Below, piece by piece: positions 16,150-31,076 of a stretch of 64,000 bases of DNA. Position 1 is the first letter of the stretch. The number at the start of each line of letters is the position of its first letter. The stretch lies in assembly GCF_009914755.1 (NCBI RefSeq), contig NC_060925.1, one strand, 5' to 3'. Made by a program: the position numbers and the translations under genes. The notes under the pieces were generated by a model that saw only the letters and a list, made by a program, of their open reading frames with translations, searched no databases and was not told the DNA's origin. Origin of the DNA: the human T2T-CHM13v2.0 reference genome, Homo sapiens.

Positions 16150-17563
16150 GTTTAAAAGTACAACAGGCTACAGTAACCAAAACATCATGGTACTGGTACA
16201 AAAACAGACACATAGATCACTGGAACATAATAGAGAACCCAGAAATAAAGCCACACATCTACAGCCATCTGAACTTTGACAAAGTCAACAAAAATAAGCA
16301 ATGGAGAAAGGATTCTCTATTCAATAAATGGTGCTGGGATACCTGTCTAGCCATAAGCAGAAGAAAGAAACTGGCCCCTTAACATTAACCATATACAAAA
16401 CTTTACTCAAGATGGATTAAAGATTTAAAAGTAAGACCTCAAACTATAAGAATCCTAGAAGAAAACCTAGGAAACACCATTCTGGACATTGGCCTGGGGA
16501 AAGAATTTATGACTAAGTCCTCAAAAGTAATGGCAACGAAAACAAAAATTGACGAGTGGGACTAAAGAGCTTCTGCACAGAAAGCTTCTGCACTAGCAAC
16601 AGAGTAAAAAGACAATCCACAGAATGAGAGAAAATATTCACAAACTATGCATTCAACAAAGGACTAATATGCAGAATCTGTAACGACCTTAAATAATCAA
16701 ACAAGCATGAAACAACCCCACTAAAAAAAGAGCAAAAGACATAAATACACACTTCTCAAAAGAACATACAAGCAGCCAATAAGCATATGAAAAAACGCTC
16801 AATATCACTAATCATCGGAGAAATGCAAATCAAAACCACAATGAGATACCATTTCACACCAGTCAGAATGGCTATTATTAAAAAGTCAAAAAATAACATG
16901 CTGGCAAGACTATAGAGGAAAGAGAATGCTTATACACGGTTGGTGGGAATATTAATTACTCCAGCCATTGTGGAAAGCGGTGTGGATATTTCTCAAAGAA
17001 CTTAAAACAGAGCTACCATTTAACCTAGCAATTCCATTACTGGGTATATACCCAAAAGAAAAGAAATTCTGCCAAAAAGACACATGCCCTCATACACTCA
17101 TTGCTGTGCTATTCACAATAGCAAATACATGGAAATAACTCAAGTGCCCATCAGTGGCAGATTGGATAAAGAAAATGTGGTATATATATATATATAACAC
17201 AGAATTCTACACAGCCATAAAAAAATAAAATTATGTCCTTGGCAATAATATGGACACAATTGGAGGCCATAATCCTAAACAAATTAATCCACAAACAGAA
17301 AACCAAATGCTGCATGTTCGCACTTACAAGTAGGAGCTAAACATTAAACACACATAGACACAAATTTGGGGGTAATAGACACTGTGGACTACTAGAGGAG
17401 AGAAGGCAGGTGGTTTGAAAAACTACCTATTGGGTACTATACTCACTACCTGGATGATGGGATCCATACTCCAAACCTCAGCATCACACAATATTCCCAC
17501 GTAACAAATCTGCATGTGTACCCCCTGTATCTAAAATAGAAGTTGATTTTTTTTTAAAAAAAA
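16150..17563 (+). mobile_element. Older primate L1 (L1PA15-17/L1PB-like), 3' ORF2 + 3'UTR
   Basis: ORF 16113 ([18 protein letters not shown]); 3'UTR ccaaacctcagcatcacacaatat; short tail. Confidence 0.9.
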
Positions 17564-18280
17564 AGTCAAAAAACGACAGATATGCTGGCAAGTCTGTAGA
17601 GAAAGGGAACACACTTATACACTGTTGATGGAAATGCAAATTAGTACCTCAACCACTGTAGAAAATAGTTTGGAGTTTTTTCAAAGGACTTAAAACAGAA
17701 CTACCATTTGAACCTTAAATCCCATTACTGCTATATATCCAAAAGAAAACAAACCTTTCTACCAAAAAGATACATGCACTTGCCTGTTCATTGCAGCACT
17801 ATACAAAATAGCAAAGACATGGAATCAACCCAGGCGCCCATCAGTGGTGAACTGGATAAAAAAAATGTGGTACATATACACCATGGAATACCATGCTGCA
17901 ATAAAAAAGAATGAAATCATGGTCTCTGCAACAACATGAATGGAGATGGAGGCCATTATCCTAAGCAAATTAACGCAGAACAGAAAACCAAATACCACAT
18001 GTTCTTACTTATAAGTGGGAACTAAATAATGGCTACTCATGGACAATAATATCTATTGATGGCAACAACAGACACTGGGGACTACTAGAGTGGGAGAAAG
18101 GGAAGGGAGCAAGGGTTGAAAAACTAACTATTGGGTATTACGCTCAGTACCTGGGTAATGGGATCAATTGTACCCCAAACCTCAGCATCACACAATATAC
18201 CCAGGTAACAAACCTGCACATGTACCCCCTGAATCTAAAGTAAAAGTTGACATAAAAAATAAAAATTAAAAAAATTAAAA
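17564..18280 (+). mobile_element. Second L1 3' end in tandem (L1PA16/17-like)
   Basis: Repeats the last ~700 bp of L1 with clear divergence from the preceding copy; has its own A-rich tail. Confidence 0.88.
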
Positions 18281-18621
18281 GCCCCACAAACACAAAAGCA
18301 TAATAAAAATATTGAACATCAAATATAATTATCACTCCATTTTTAATCAACCAAAAATTTTAAAAGTTATCCTTCTTGTAATGTAAACAAATCTTTCTAT
18401 TTGCAACTGATTAAACTTTAAGATTTTTAATGATAAAATATAGGAATTCTTACTTAATAAAAAGACAGAGAATATAATTCTTAGAATTCTGTGCAGTTGC
18501 AAGATGTTGCTATGGCCCTTTTGACAGATTATTCTCAAGTAATAAATTTTACAAATGTAACTCCATAGTTTTCTAGGATATCCTCCTTTACATACCACTA
18601 ATCCCCAAATTAAGGACCTAC

Positions 18622-18672
18622 TTGAAAAAGGGTCTTGACTGGTGATCTACATGAAAATCCAATGCTTCTTTC
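18622..18672 (-). CDS. NME7: NME7 exon 5 (51 nt, phase 2-2), KEALDFHVDHQSRPFF(N)
   Basis: Acceptor attttatag|GAAAG, donor TTCAA|gtaggt; NDK RPFF motif. Confidence 0.95.
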
Positions 18673-18932
18673 CTATAAAATAATCAAAATGACAATAGTT
18701 AAGAATTATAAAATTAAACACTTATTATTTTAGCTTACATTAATAAAATTAAGATAAAATCCTCTCAATTTATACTAATTTATATTTTAATTAATAATTT
18801 TTCACCAAATATTCTGTCAAAGCCACTCTTTTAAAATATTTTTTAAGTATGAGTAATATCAATGTAAATAAAAATTAATGTAGGAGGCAATGTTTACTTT
18901 TCTACTTATGTTATATATTGTCTATCTTCTTC

Positions 18933-19228
18933 TTTTTTTTTTTTTTTTTTTTTTTAGATTGAGTTACCCAGGCCAGAGTGCAGTGGCACGATCTTGGCGC
19001 TCGCTACAACCTCCACCTCCTGGGTTCAAGCAGTTCTCCTGTTTTAGCCTCCCAAGTCGCTGGAATTACAGGCGTGTGCCACAATGCCCAGCTAATTTTT
19101 GTACTTTTACTAGAGATGGGGTTTCACCATGCTGGCCAGGCTGGTCTCAAACTCCTGACCTCAGGTGATCCACCCACCTCGGCCTCTCAAAGTGCTGGGA
19201 TTACAGGCATGAGCCACCGCACCTGGCC
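18933..19228 (-). mobile_element. AluS
   Basis: Poly-T followed by a reverse Alu dimer, ~260 bp from the exon 5 acceptor. Confidence 0.93.
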
Positions 19229-20959
19229 TTATCCATCTTTTTACACAGCATCCTGAACATTCTAGAAACAAAGGTTAATATTTGACCAGTGAGAATATTT
19301 GTTCTTTAAAGTCTAAATAAGTTGCATCAAAAAAATGCAAAGCCATCTTCTAATTAAAAATTTGTCATTTTTTTCCACAGGCTTTAAACTTAAGAGCTTA
19401 GGCTAGAATTTTAATTTAATGTTTATAGCTTTTTTTCTTAGCTAGGTCTCTCCAAAGGAAAGACTACAGTCGTGTTTTTAAAAGCTGCCTGAGAAATTAT
19501 GTATCTTAATATGTTTTTATTTTATTGGTTACTAATGCTTTAACTGACATCACTAAAAAAGGGGAGAATATGGAAACATTTAGAATTCAGAGTTTATTAA
19601 TTGTAACAGGGATTTATTTTTACATTTATATTACCACTAAAGAATATCTACAGCGGCAATAAAAGAATGCATTTTAAACTGATTAGCTAAAAAGTCTAAA
19701 AAACTTTTTTTAAAAGCAAACCAGATGACTCTCCTAACACTGTGTAGTTTTCTTAAAGGCTTTGAACTGGGTTCACAGTATGTGACAAATATATGTAAAC
19801 ATTAACTACTTTTAAAACTGGAAACTGTTCCCTAGCAAAGAATCAACCTTTCAGGCTTGAGAATTCATTTGATATGCAATGCTTTTAAGATTTTATCAGG
19901 ATATTACAAAATGAATTTACATAACAAGTTATATCACGCATACTCTCATTCTAACCAAATGTACTTAAACATTCATTTGGCTATGAAGAGATTATGAAAT
20001 ATGTAATGCCAATATAGAGAATAAAATTCATCCCGAGACATGGAAAGGAGAAAAAAATCAAAATTTTCTAGAGCCAATTATAGCCATGATTAAATTATTA
20101 TATTTATTCCTTACAACAATATATTGAAATAGGTGTGATCACCTTTATTTTACATCGGAAAAGAATAAAGTTCAGCATGGTTACATAAGTTGTCCAGTTC
20201 ACAAAGCTAGTAAGGACAAGACAAGAAGATTTGAACCCAAAGCTCTCTGATTGCAAATTTCTGACTGCTTATGCTCTTGCTACTACTAACTGTAGAACAA
20301 CATTCTAGAGGGTAAAGAGAAAAACTCACAAAAAAAGAGATACGTATATACTGCATTACAGCCTAAAATGGGGTAAAACTGAATAACTGAAAAACTTACA
20401 TGGAGAGTAAATTAGAAGAGTTAGCAGAAGAATACTAAAACAACCAATTCTAAGCTTTTCAAACGCAAAAAACTGAACTACAAGAAAGGAAAAAGCAATC
20501 ATAATCTTTAACGTCATTGAAAAGAAAAACCTCAATCCATTACTAAAAATGTTTCATTGTTTTCATCCAACATGTCCCTGATTCCATAGTTATCTCCATT
20601 CAAAATCTAAAATTGAAACCACGATGAGAGTTCATAAATTTTTTCCCATCATTCTTATCTAATTCTTTGCTTTAAAGGTTTAGAAGGAAATAGGTATTAA
20701 CAAGTGAATCACTATCTAGAGAAGTTTTTTGTTGTTTTGTTATGTTTTGTTGTGTTTTTATGAAGAAACTAACCATTCTTTCACAAAGATCTATCCATTA
20801 ACCCTTTCAAGAAATATTTACTTAATGCCAACCTTGATTGAGGCACTGATCCAAGAACTAGAAATACAAAGTCATACAGAACTCAGCAGCTATCTTCTGG
20901 ATATTGTCATCATGGCGGAACCGACATTTGAACAAACAATTTTAGAAAAGATGCATACA

Positions 20960-21415
20960 TTGTGAGAAATTCCTCCAGGTGAGTTTCTCTCTTCTAACTT
21001 GTCTTATCGGGTATGCCAAGAATGCAAGGACCTGACTGATCTTCATCGGTGTCGTTTCTCAGGATTGTGTTTGCAACAAGAAACCTTGAGGGATAAGGTA
21101 AAGCCTCTCTTCAGTATAAAGAGTAGGCTTGTTTATTGCTTGCTAATGGAACAGCTGGTAACCCAAGCTCACTCCTCCTCAGTTGTGATGCCACCCTCTA
21201 GATACACAGTATACACCTGGGCATTGGTCATTTTATTCCTGTAGGATATGGAGGCAAGGAGAACCAATATAAACACAATGCTCATGCTGCTTGCTCTACC
21301 ATTATAAAGTCTTTTGTCTCTGACCCAGAAGTCTCATGTCATCTGCTAACATCCATGGAAGAGTTACAGGTAACTTCCTAGCTTATAAATTGGATGAAAT
21401 CTCAAGCTCAACATA
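20960..21415 (+). mobile_element. LTR40-like ERVL solo LTR
   Basis: ataaagtcttttgtctctgacccagaagtctcatgtcatctgctaacatccatg resembles the remembered LTR40 R/U5. Confidence 0.6.
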
Positions 21416-22212
21416 CTAATAAAAATATATGAAGTGATATGAATGATTAGATAAGCAGTTAAGTTTTCTTGGGAATTAGTTTCCATGAGACATTTGAGTT
21501 GGTTCTGAACGATGAATAGGAATGGATGAGACAGAAGACAAGGCAGAGCATTCAAGACAGTACAATATTATGTACAAGAAAACTGAGATGTGATAAAGCA
21601 CAACATGTTCAGGGAACTGAAACCTAAGTATCCTCTTAGAGCTATTACAGTAGGTGAGTACAGATGACTAAGAGTCTTGTATACTCTATCAAAGAGCTTG
21701 TCTGCTTGACCATATTTTCCTGCATATGGGAAACCACTGACGGATTTAAGGAAGGGAATGGTAACATGTTCAAATTTTCATTTTATGAGGTTCATTCTAA
21801 TGGCAATAAGAAAATGGCATGGAGCAATCTTGAGGTAGGAAATGAGCCATCAAGGAATAGAAGGTAGTAAGTCAAGAAGTAGACAAATCAGTCAGTAGCC
21901 TATGTTGATACGTTGAAAGCCTGAATATGAGCCTATAAAATGCCTAAACTAAGGGGCTGCAATAGGAATTATAAGGAGAGAATTGCTCCCAGAGATATAC
22001 AGAAAGCAGAAGTAAAAATATTTATATATCAGGTAGGTATGAGGAATGGGGGAGCAGCAAGATGAATCTAGGATCACTTTCAGATTGACAGTTGCAGAGA
22101 GAAGTCAAGGCTGAAGATGTATTTGGAATTCATCTATAAGTAAGTGGTAGGTGATCATATGGACATGCATGGGACTACTCAAGTAAAGTTGTAAAGAAAA
22201 TAACATACAACA

Positions 22213-22340
22213 AGCTGGATGCAGTGGCTCATGCCTGTAATTCTAGCACTTTGGGAGTACAAGGCAGGAGACTCACTTGAGGCCAGTTCGAGACTAGCCT
22301 GGGCAACAAAGCGAGACCACGTTTTTTAAAAAAACAAAAA
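22213..22340 (+). mobile_element. Alu monomer (FLAM-like)
   Basis: Single left arm followed by an A-rich tail. Confidence 0.8.
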
Positions 22341-23183
22341 GCAAGGATCTGGAGGAATACCTAATTGAAATCATAGTGACCGTCACTGAGATGGGAAAGC
22401 AAATAGAGCAGAGCCCTGGATGATCACTGACAGAGATGTTGAAGTCATCCCAACTGTCAGGAGACACTGGAATAGAAGGAGACTATAAACAAAGTGCCCA
22501 AATCTTTAACAAATGTGGAGTTTGTGAACTGTAGAATGGAAATGAGGCTCAGTGGATGGTAAAACAACTAAATAACATGAATTTCCAAGGATGAAGAAGA
22601 GTATAGATTTTTAGGAGAGAGCTAAAATACGCTATATCGTAACCCTGTGACATAAGAAACATTTGTGAGTGAGCAGCCTACAGGGCTAAAAGGAAAGGAA
22701 TGTCCCTGGAGAAGGGTCAGATTTCAACTAAACTAAAAATGTGCGGGCAAAGATACACTCTGTTAAGACACTATGGACATAGGGATATTTGTTCACAATG
22801 AAACTTGATTTCCAGAGGGGCCAGTGAAAATGGTTTGGTAAGAGATTTGTGTTCAGAAGACTATGGGAAAAGGAAGTGCATAACTACAAATGAACAGGTG
22901 TGTCAACAAGTAATTAGAAGGGCTTGCATCTGTGGTACTCCAAAGAATGAAGTATTTCAAAAGGCATGGGTGGAATTAACAAGACTTAAGGTTTCAAAGA
23001 AACTAGCAAATGTATGCCCTATGGTGCTCTTGAAGTGTTTGCTGGTTTTAGCATCTTTCTTCATGTGCTATAGGGCCATTATGATAAACAAGTAGCATCT
23101 TTACCACAGGAAGTTAGATACCAAGTCATCAGACACTAGAAGTATAGAGACACTAAACTCATGTAACCCTCACAACTACTTTA

Positions 23184-23600
<417 letters not shown>

Positions 23601-24715
23601 CTAAATACTGTGCTCTGAAATGTAAGCCTCCTGTCTCTCTAGAAAATATGTAAACTAGGAGATCATACATAAGGGAAAAATTCCAATTAAACATGTCATT
23701 GTCAGGGTAAAATGGAGGGTTTTGTGTTAAAGTTTCTCGGAATCAGATGTATTGAAGCTGACTTGAATGTCTACTGCTCCCCATTGTCCCTGCTCTCACA
23801 GAAACAAAAATGCAACTGACCCATGGAATAAATCCAGAAATGAATGATTTATTGAAGCATTAAGAAGATATCTGACCAAAAACAAACAAAAACTAGTGGA
23901 GAAACATAAGAACACTATTGGAGCCAGATCTGCCTAACTGCTACATTCCTGTCCCTAGAGACACTCTGTGTTACACTCAGCCAACCAGAGGGTGATCCCA
24001 GGAAACAAAGGCCTCTGTCCTATACTCATCTCCCTTCTTCATCTTCCAGAATGTTTCAGTCTTTGCTTTGTCCATTTGGTAGGAAATTTTTTAAAAACAA
24101 ATGTCCAATATCATGGAAAAATCACTAGTTTTTTTTCTAAAGGATCTCTAAAAAAAACTGAAGAGAAGGTTTTCCCTATCCTTTGTTTGTACGTTGTTAA
24201 TATTCTCCTTGCCATTCTTACGGGGTTAGAGTTACTTACTTCATGATAGAAAGGGATAAGTAAATGTATAAGTCTTATTTTCACTAAATAACTTAGAAAA
24301 TATCTGGTCAAACAGGTTGGACTGCTTGTTAGATAGGTATATTTACCTATCTAGGTAAAAAATAAATAGGTATATTTGCCTATTATTTATAATAAGAAGA
24401 GCTAAATGTAAACATTTCCAAATGCATCATCTTTGGAAATCTCAACAGTAAATCCTCTTGTCAAATAAAAATAATCAGACATCATTTCCTCTATTAATTT
24501 TATACAGTGTGTTATCCTTATATATTAAGAAATGATTATAATTATCAAGCACTGGTGTTATAAAAGCAGATGGGGTTTTGAAAGACAATAATAATTAAAT
24601 GAGGCATGCATAATTTGACAACTCCTAATTACTTAGACTTCAGTGGTTATTTATGCATCTGATTACTTGGTGTCTTATTGTTCTTTTCTTTCTTCTTTTT
24701 CTTTTTGTTGCCTGG

Positions 24716-25284
24716 TGTAATGCCTACATGACAGCTGAATTTCTACCCTGTCCTAACTTTGCTTATCTTTAAGAAACAGGACTTCTGCAATAAAAGGTTC
24801 CCTTTACAACCAGACCAGTTAAGACTGGTTAGAACCAAGATATGCAACCAAATGACATCAAAAAGACCTCGGGCTTCATTATAATCTCATTTTCATACTA
24901 TATGGCACTCCCACCAGCACCATGACAGCTGAAAATCACCATGACAATGACCGGAAGAGGCCATAAAAAGACAAAAAGGAAAGCAGCACTGCGATTCACC
25001 ATCAATTGTGAAACTGGTGGAAGTTCACCACCAATTTCCAGAAAAGACATGCATATTGCTCCTCTTGCTTTTCATGTCCTTTATTAGAGAAATCCTTTAT
25101 TTTAACCCCCTCACCCCTCACTAGTTGAGAAGTTGATTTGTGAGCCACACTCCTGTTTCTCAATTCCACAGACACTGAATAAAGCCTGCACTGCTTGATA
25201 CTCACTTTCGGTTTTGTATATGGGCTTCATGACACTGAATAGGAAAAGATCAAATCTTTTAGGGGGCCGGCTTTGTCAGTAACA
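24716..25284 (+). mobile_element. ERV1-class solo LTR, family not resolved (MER41-related motif)
   Basis: TG...CA ends; ctcccaccagcaccatgacag motif; AATAAA ~25178 followed by U5-like sequence. 5' end and TSD uncertain. Confidence 0.6.
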
Positions 25285-25447
25285 TTCTAGATGAACTCCT
25301 GTCAGTTCCCATTTTGGTTAAGTTACTATTCTATTCTTTGTCATTCAATACGAGGTTTTTTAATTTTAAACAATGACAAGAAAGACAGAAAATGATTTTT
25401 TAAAAAGGAATCAGACATTACATAACTGAAAATGATAAAAAAATTAC

Positions 25448-25558
25448 CTTGAAAGCATCATCATTTTGAGTTTGGTTATAGTAAATCCAGCTTTGTTTAT
25501 TATTTCAATTATTTCTCCAGCCTTTGATATTGCATCTGGTTTAATTAGGGCTAGCGTT
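25448..25558 (-). CDS. NME7: NME7 exon 4 (111 nt, phase 2-2), TLALIKPDAISKAGEIIEIINKAGFTITKLKMMMLS(R), start of NDK domain A
   Basis: Acceptor ttccttatag|AACG, donor TCAAG|gtaatt; NDK IKPD motif. Confidence 0.96.
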
Positions 25559-26614
25559 CTATAAGGAAACAAAAAATAAGTTTGCAAATAAAAATAGTTC
25601 AACAGTTTTTATTTATAATTCCCAAGCAGCAGTATTCTCAACAATCATCCTAGATCATCAAAATTTGAAATTAATTGTATAGAAAAGTGTATTAAAGACA
25701 TCCCTTAAAAACTTACACAAAGTAAGCTTAGTATTTTTCCCATGAACATCAAAATTAGATACTAAACTTGGGGGAGGGAGAAGCTTAGGAAAAAAAGCAC
25801 TAAAATTTAATTATTTTTAATATATCCAAATGAGAAAACACAGGCATTTAGAATCTCCATTTCTTAGAATACATTTTATACAAAGGACTAATCTCTAAAA
25901 CATTGCATTAAATATATTATGAGCTTGGTTTTTGGTCTCTTAGACTTCAACATATGTATGCTATATAGTCAGTTCAACATTGATTTGGAAATAATTATAA
26001 ATTCTTCTATTGACTCTTTATTCATAACATGGGTGACTGCATGAAGAATCAAATGTCTTCTTATACAACAATGTATATGAATACGTAACAACATGCTAAC
26101 TTTTAAAATCATGTTTTTCTCCAGGAGGATACATCAGAACAATGCATTCTCCACTCTCCCCCTCTGAAGATTCAGAATTAAGAGAAATTTGGAGATGAAG
26201 ATCACCTGAGTGTCCTCATTTTACTAATGATGAAACTAGGCCTACCAAGGTAACATGACAAAGGTTACACAGCTGGTCAGCAACATTTTCAGGACAAAAC
26301 ACCCAGTTTACCAGACTCCTAGGTCTGTCCTTCCACATCACAAATAATGTTACTATTAATATTATTAAAAAGGGGCATCATCACCAAATCCTCAAGAATA
26401 CTATTTGCAAATGCAACATAAAAACTATATTAGCTGGAGTAATTCTGCTTTTGTGATAAAGAATTGCTGCTACTTTTCCCTCTGCATTTCCAATTGTTCT
26501 TATAACACTGGCATTAATTCAAGGAATCCATAAAAGGAGAAAGGTTGGTCTTTTCATTTTGGATTTTTTTCACCAATAAGACAAACTTAGCTCAGGATAA
26601 AATTCAAATATCCT

Positions 26615-26916
<302 letters not shown>

Positions 26917-27514
26917 TCAAATATCCTTACTTAAATTGGATATAGCTTATGGCTGAGTTTTAAAACTGTAATAACAAAAGAAATTGTTCATCTTAGTGTG
27001 TTTATTACAAATTATACCAGATAATGTTTTTCTTTATTTTAAAGCAGATGAGTCAGTTATATTACTTTATATTGTCTGGCTTCATTGAAAACACACTTAA
27101 AACTCTTCACTTTTTAATTCATATTATTTAAATATTTTAATCCAGACTAACCTATAAACTGTTTATGCTAAACTCTGGAAGAACATTTCACTGACCATGG
27201 CTCTTAAAGAAAAAATAAAACATGGCAGTAGTCATCAATGTCTATAAACAAGAAGCAATGTGAAAAGTCTAAAATTGACAAACAGCTTAAAATGTAATCT
27301 GATTTTCTCTTAAATGCCTACAAGAGACAAAGGATTGACTATGTGATAAATAACTCTAAATAAATTCCTCTGTCATGTCTTTGCTGCTTAATTTTTCAGT
27401 AAGTAATAGTAAATTGTATTTTGGAGGGAAAATAAGAGAGAGATCAGCATCATATGTGTTAATTTAAAAATAAAGATAGCACATGAAGAAACAATAGGGT
27501 GACAAAGATATATC

Positions 27515-27908
27515 AGTAGTATCTCTGTTATCTGTAACTGCATAACAAACCATCCACATATGTAGTGGCGTAAAACAACAATTTCTCAAGGTTCTGTAGG
27601 TAGGCTGTGCAATGGTTTCACCTAGGATCATTCACACAGCTGTATTCAGCTAGTGGGCCAGCTGGGGGCTGTGCTCAGCTGAGACAACTAGGCTTTTCTT
27701 TCCTGTGGTCCTTAAGGAGGCTAGAGCAGGCCTCTTCAAATACCACCACACATCAACCAATGTACAGGCAATTATCAAGTGTCCCCTTGAGTCATTTTTG
27801 CTGACATATCTTTGGCCAATGCAAGTCACGTGGTCAAGCTCAGAGTCACTGTGAGAGAAAACCACAAGGTATGATTCATTGAGAGCCATCAGTGTAACAA
27901 TCTACCAC
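27515..27908 (-). mobile_element. Old MLT1 MaLR LTR
   Basis: ctgcataacaaaccat...tagtggcgtaaaacaaca...ttggccaatgcaagtcacgtggtcaagc...gtaacaatctaccac. Confidence 0.6.
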
Positions 27909-30141
27909 TTAGTAATCCTCTTGCCTGCACTGAGGCAAGCACTGTAAGATGCAGCGTGAGATATTCTCAAAAGAAAACAAAACATTATAAAAACCACTAT
28001 TTAAGATTAAAACTTCTTAGCAATACACGGTAACTACTTCTTGTGAAAAAACAGTATGGCCAGCCTTCACGAACCCAGAATATAGATTTCCAGAAAATAA
28101 CAATTCTCACAGAGCTATGCAATAAATGTCTTCATATACCATCAGGTTCTGAGCAAAAATTGCAGCAAATATATTTCTGAGAAAGATGACTGATTGCAGT
28201 ACAATAAATGTCCCAGACAGTATAGTGCTATTGCTATGTAATAAAGTCTTAGATAGTACAGTGCTATTAAACATCTTAGATAGTGCAGTGCTATGGACTC
28301 TTTAAATGCCATTGACCAAAAAGAATAAATATGTAAACTTTAATCTATATGGGATTCATATTTGTCTTAAGTAAATATTCTATTCTAAACCTATTCTAAA
28401 AGTAAACCTATTCTAAACATCAAGGCTAAATTTTTGGTTTTTGTCATACTTTGTTTACAAGCATAAAGTGTATATCTGCCCCATGGATAAAGGAAAACTG
28501 TCTCAAATGAGGCACCTGTAATTTGGTGGAAAATTCAGTGATCAAGACTTTTGCTTGGCAACAATAGCAAAATTATTCAGAACAATTCTTCCACCAAAAA
28601 CTAAAAAAGTTGATATTTTTAAAAAATCTTTTAAAAATTAAAGATAAATTGACTAGATCATAAATAATTACTGGGACAAAAGTGAAAAAAAAAAAAAACA
28701 ACCAAAGAATGAAAAGTAAGAATGAAAGTTGTTTTTGACTTGACAGCATTGCCTATCTGGAAAATCTGAACTTTGATTTGCAGTACATCATTGGGAAAGG
28801 GTAACAGAACCCAAGAGATGATCCTTCCTAAAATAATTTGGACCCAAAGGCTATACCACCCCCGCTTAAGGTGAATCAGAAACAACCAGGTCTTGAATGG
28901 CAATACAAGTTCACATCATCTAAGCAGTCTCAAAACTTAGAATTTTTGAACTACCAATCATACAGACTGCTAATGCCTATGGGAAAAAGACAGAAGCAAA
29001 GACAATTAATTCCCTCCTAGTAGGAAAGTAATGTCATCCTGTACCTCAAATAATTCATATGAAAATGCATATCTCACATATATTATTTACATATATGCAA
29101 TACACCCACACATACACACATGGCAATCATATAGAAAGATAATCACACAGACACATACACACATACAGGGAAAAGGCCAACATGAGGGAAAACCAGGAGA
29201 AACAACAGAAAAGAGAGAGACCCACAAATACTTCAGATACTAGGATAATCAGAGAAAAACTGTAAAGTATCTGTGCAAACTATGGTTAAAGGACTAAAAG
29301 ACAAGCTACAAAACATTATCAGGTAATAGAAAACTGTAAGCTACAAAATGGAATAAGCAGATCTGAAAAAGAATATATTAGAATATCTTGTGATGAAAAT
29401 ACAATAATGAAAATGAGAACTAGATAAAGGGTTTGACAGAAGAAAGCAGATTCAGAATGAAGCACAGAGAAACAAAAAGATACAACAGAGATAAGAAAAT
29501 AGTTTCATGAATGTAAGTGAAATAAAGACATTTTCAGATGAGTGCAAACTGAAAGAGTTTTCTATTAGTAAACACACTCAAAAGGAAAATATTTTTTAAA
29601 AATGTAATTTAAGCAAAGGTAAAATAATCCCAAACAGAATGTTTGAGATAAAAGAAAGGATAAAAAGCAAAAAGTGAAGAAACCTAAATGAATACTCATT
29701 ACATAAAACAATAATAGTAAATCATTAGGTTCATGGAAAAAAAACAAAAAAAAATACACAACAAAAACAGCATATAATTCAGCAAAAATCCCAACAAAAA
29801 TTGAGCTAAAGTCTTCTGAGATTCTTAGATTTTAAAGAAGGAGGTTAAAATATTAATTAGATTTAAGCTTTATCAAGTTAAGTACATATGTTGTAGTTTC
29901 TAGTGTAAATACTAACTGTATATAGAAAAAAAATAGATGAAAAAAATCCTCAAGCAATCCGAACAATCAAAAATAAGATAATAAAACAGGCAGGAGAAGA
30001 AAGCTCAGGATAAGATGTCAGAGTTAAAGCCAAGTATATTAGTAGTTACGTTACAAATAAGTGCTCTACAGTAGATGCAGATTATAAAACTGTATTTATA
30101 AAAAAATTTTTTTAAAAAGATAATCTGATTGGATTTTAAAG

Positions 30142-30280
30142 CCTAGATGACAGGTTGAAAGGTGCAGCAAACCACCATGGCACATGTATACCTATGTAAT
30201 AAACCTGTACATTCTGCACACGTATCCCGGAACTTAAAGAAAAAAAAAGATATAAAAAACAAACAAACAAAAACAAAAAC
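30142..30280 (+). mobile_element. Very short L1PA 3' end
   Basis: ggtgcagcaaaccaccatggcacatgtatacctatgtaataaacctg...aacttaaag plus an A-rich tail. Confidence 0.85.
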
Positions 30281-30721
30281 TAATGAAAGGCACACATAGA
30301 AGAGAATACTGAAAATCTAAAGTAAAAAGAATGGAAAAGGTATACCATGCGAATGTTAACTAAAAGAAAGCCAGTGCAGCTATAGTAATATCAGAGAAAG
30401 TACAGTTTAAAGTAAAAGGCATTGCTAGAGATGAAGATGGTCTCTTCATAGTAATAAAAGATTCAATTTACCAAGAAGATATAACAATTTAAATCACCTA
30501 GTAACATACCCTTAAAATTATAATATAAAGACTAACATAACTACAAGAAGAAATAGACAAATGATAATTACATTAGAAAATTTTAATAAAACCTTGGCAA
30601 TTGATAGAATAAGCTGCCCAAAAATTAGTAAATATGTGAAAGATTTGAACATCACAATTCACAGACTTCACCTAATGAATAAATATATAAAACTATACAA
30701 AACAACTGCAGACTAAACATT

Positions 30722-31076
<355 letters not shown>

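Noticed and set aside
28215-28420. Short tandem duplications (tcttagatagt.cagtgctat x2; ctattctaaa x3)
   Set aside because: Ordinary local slippage with no higher-order structure.
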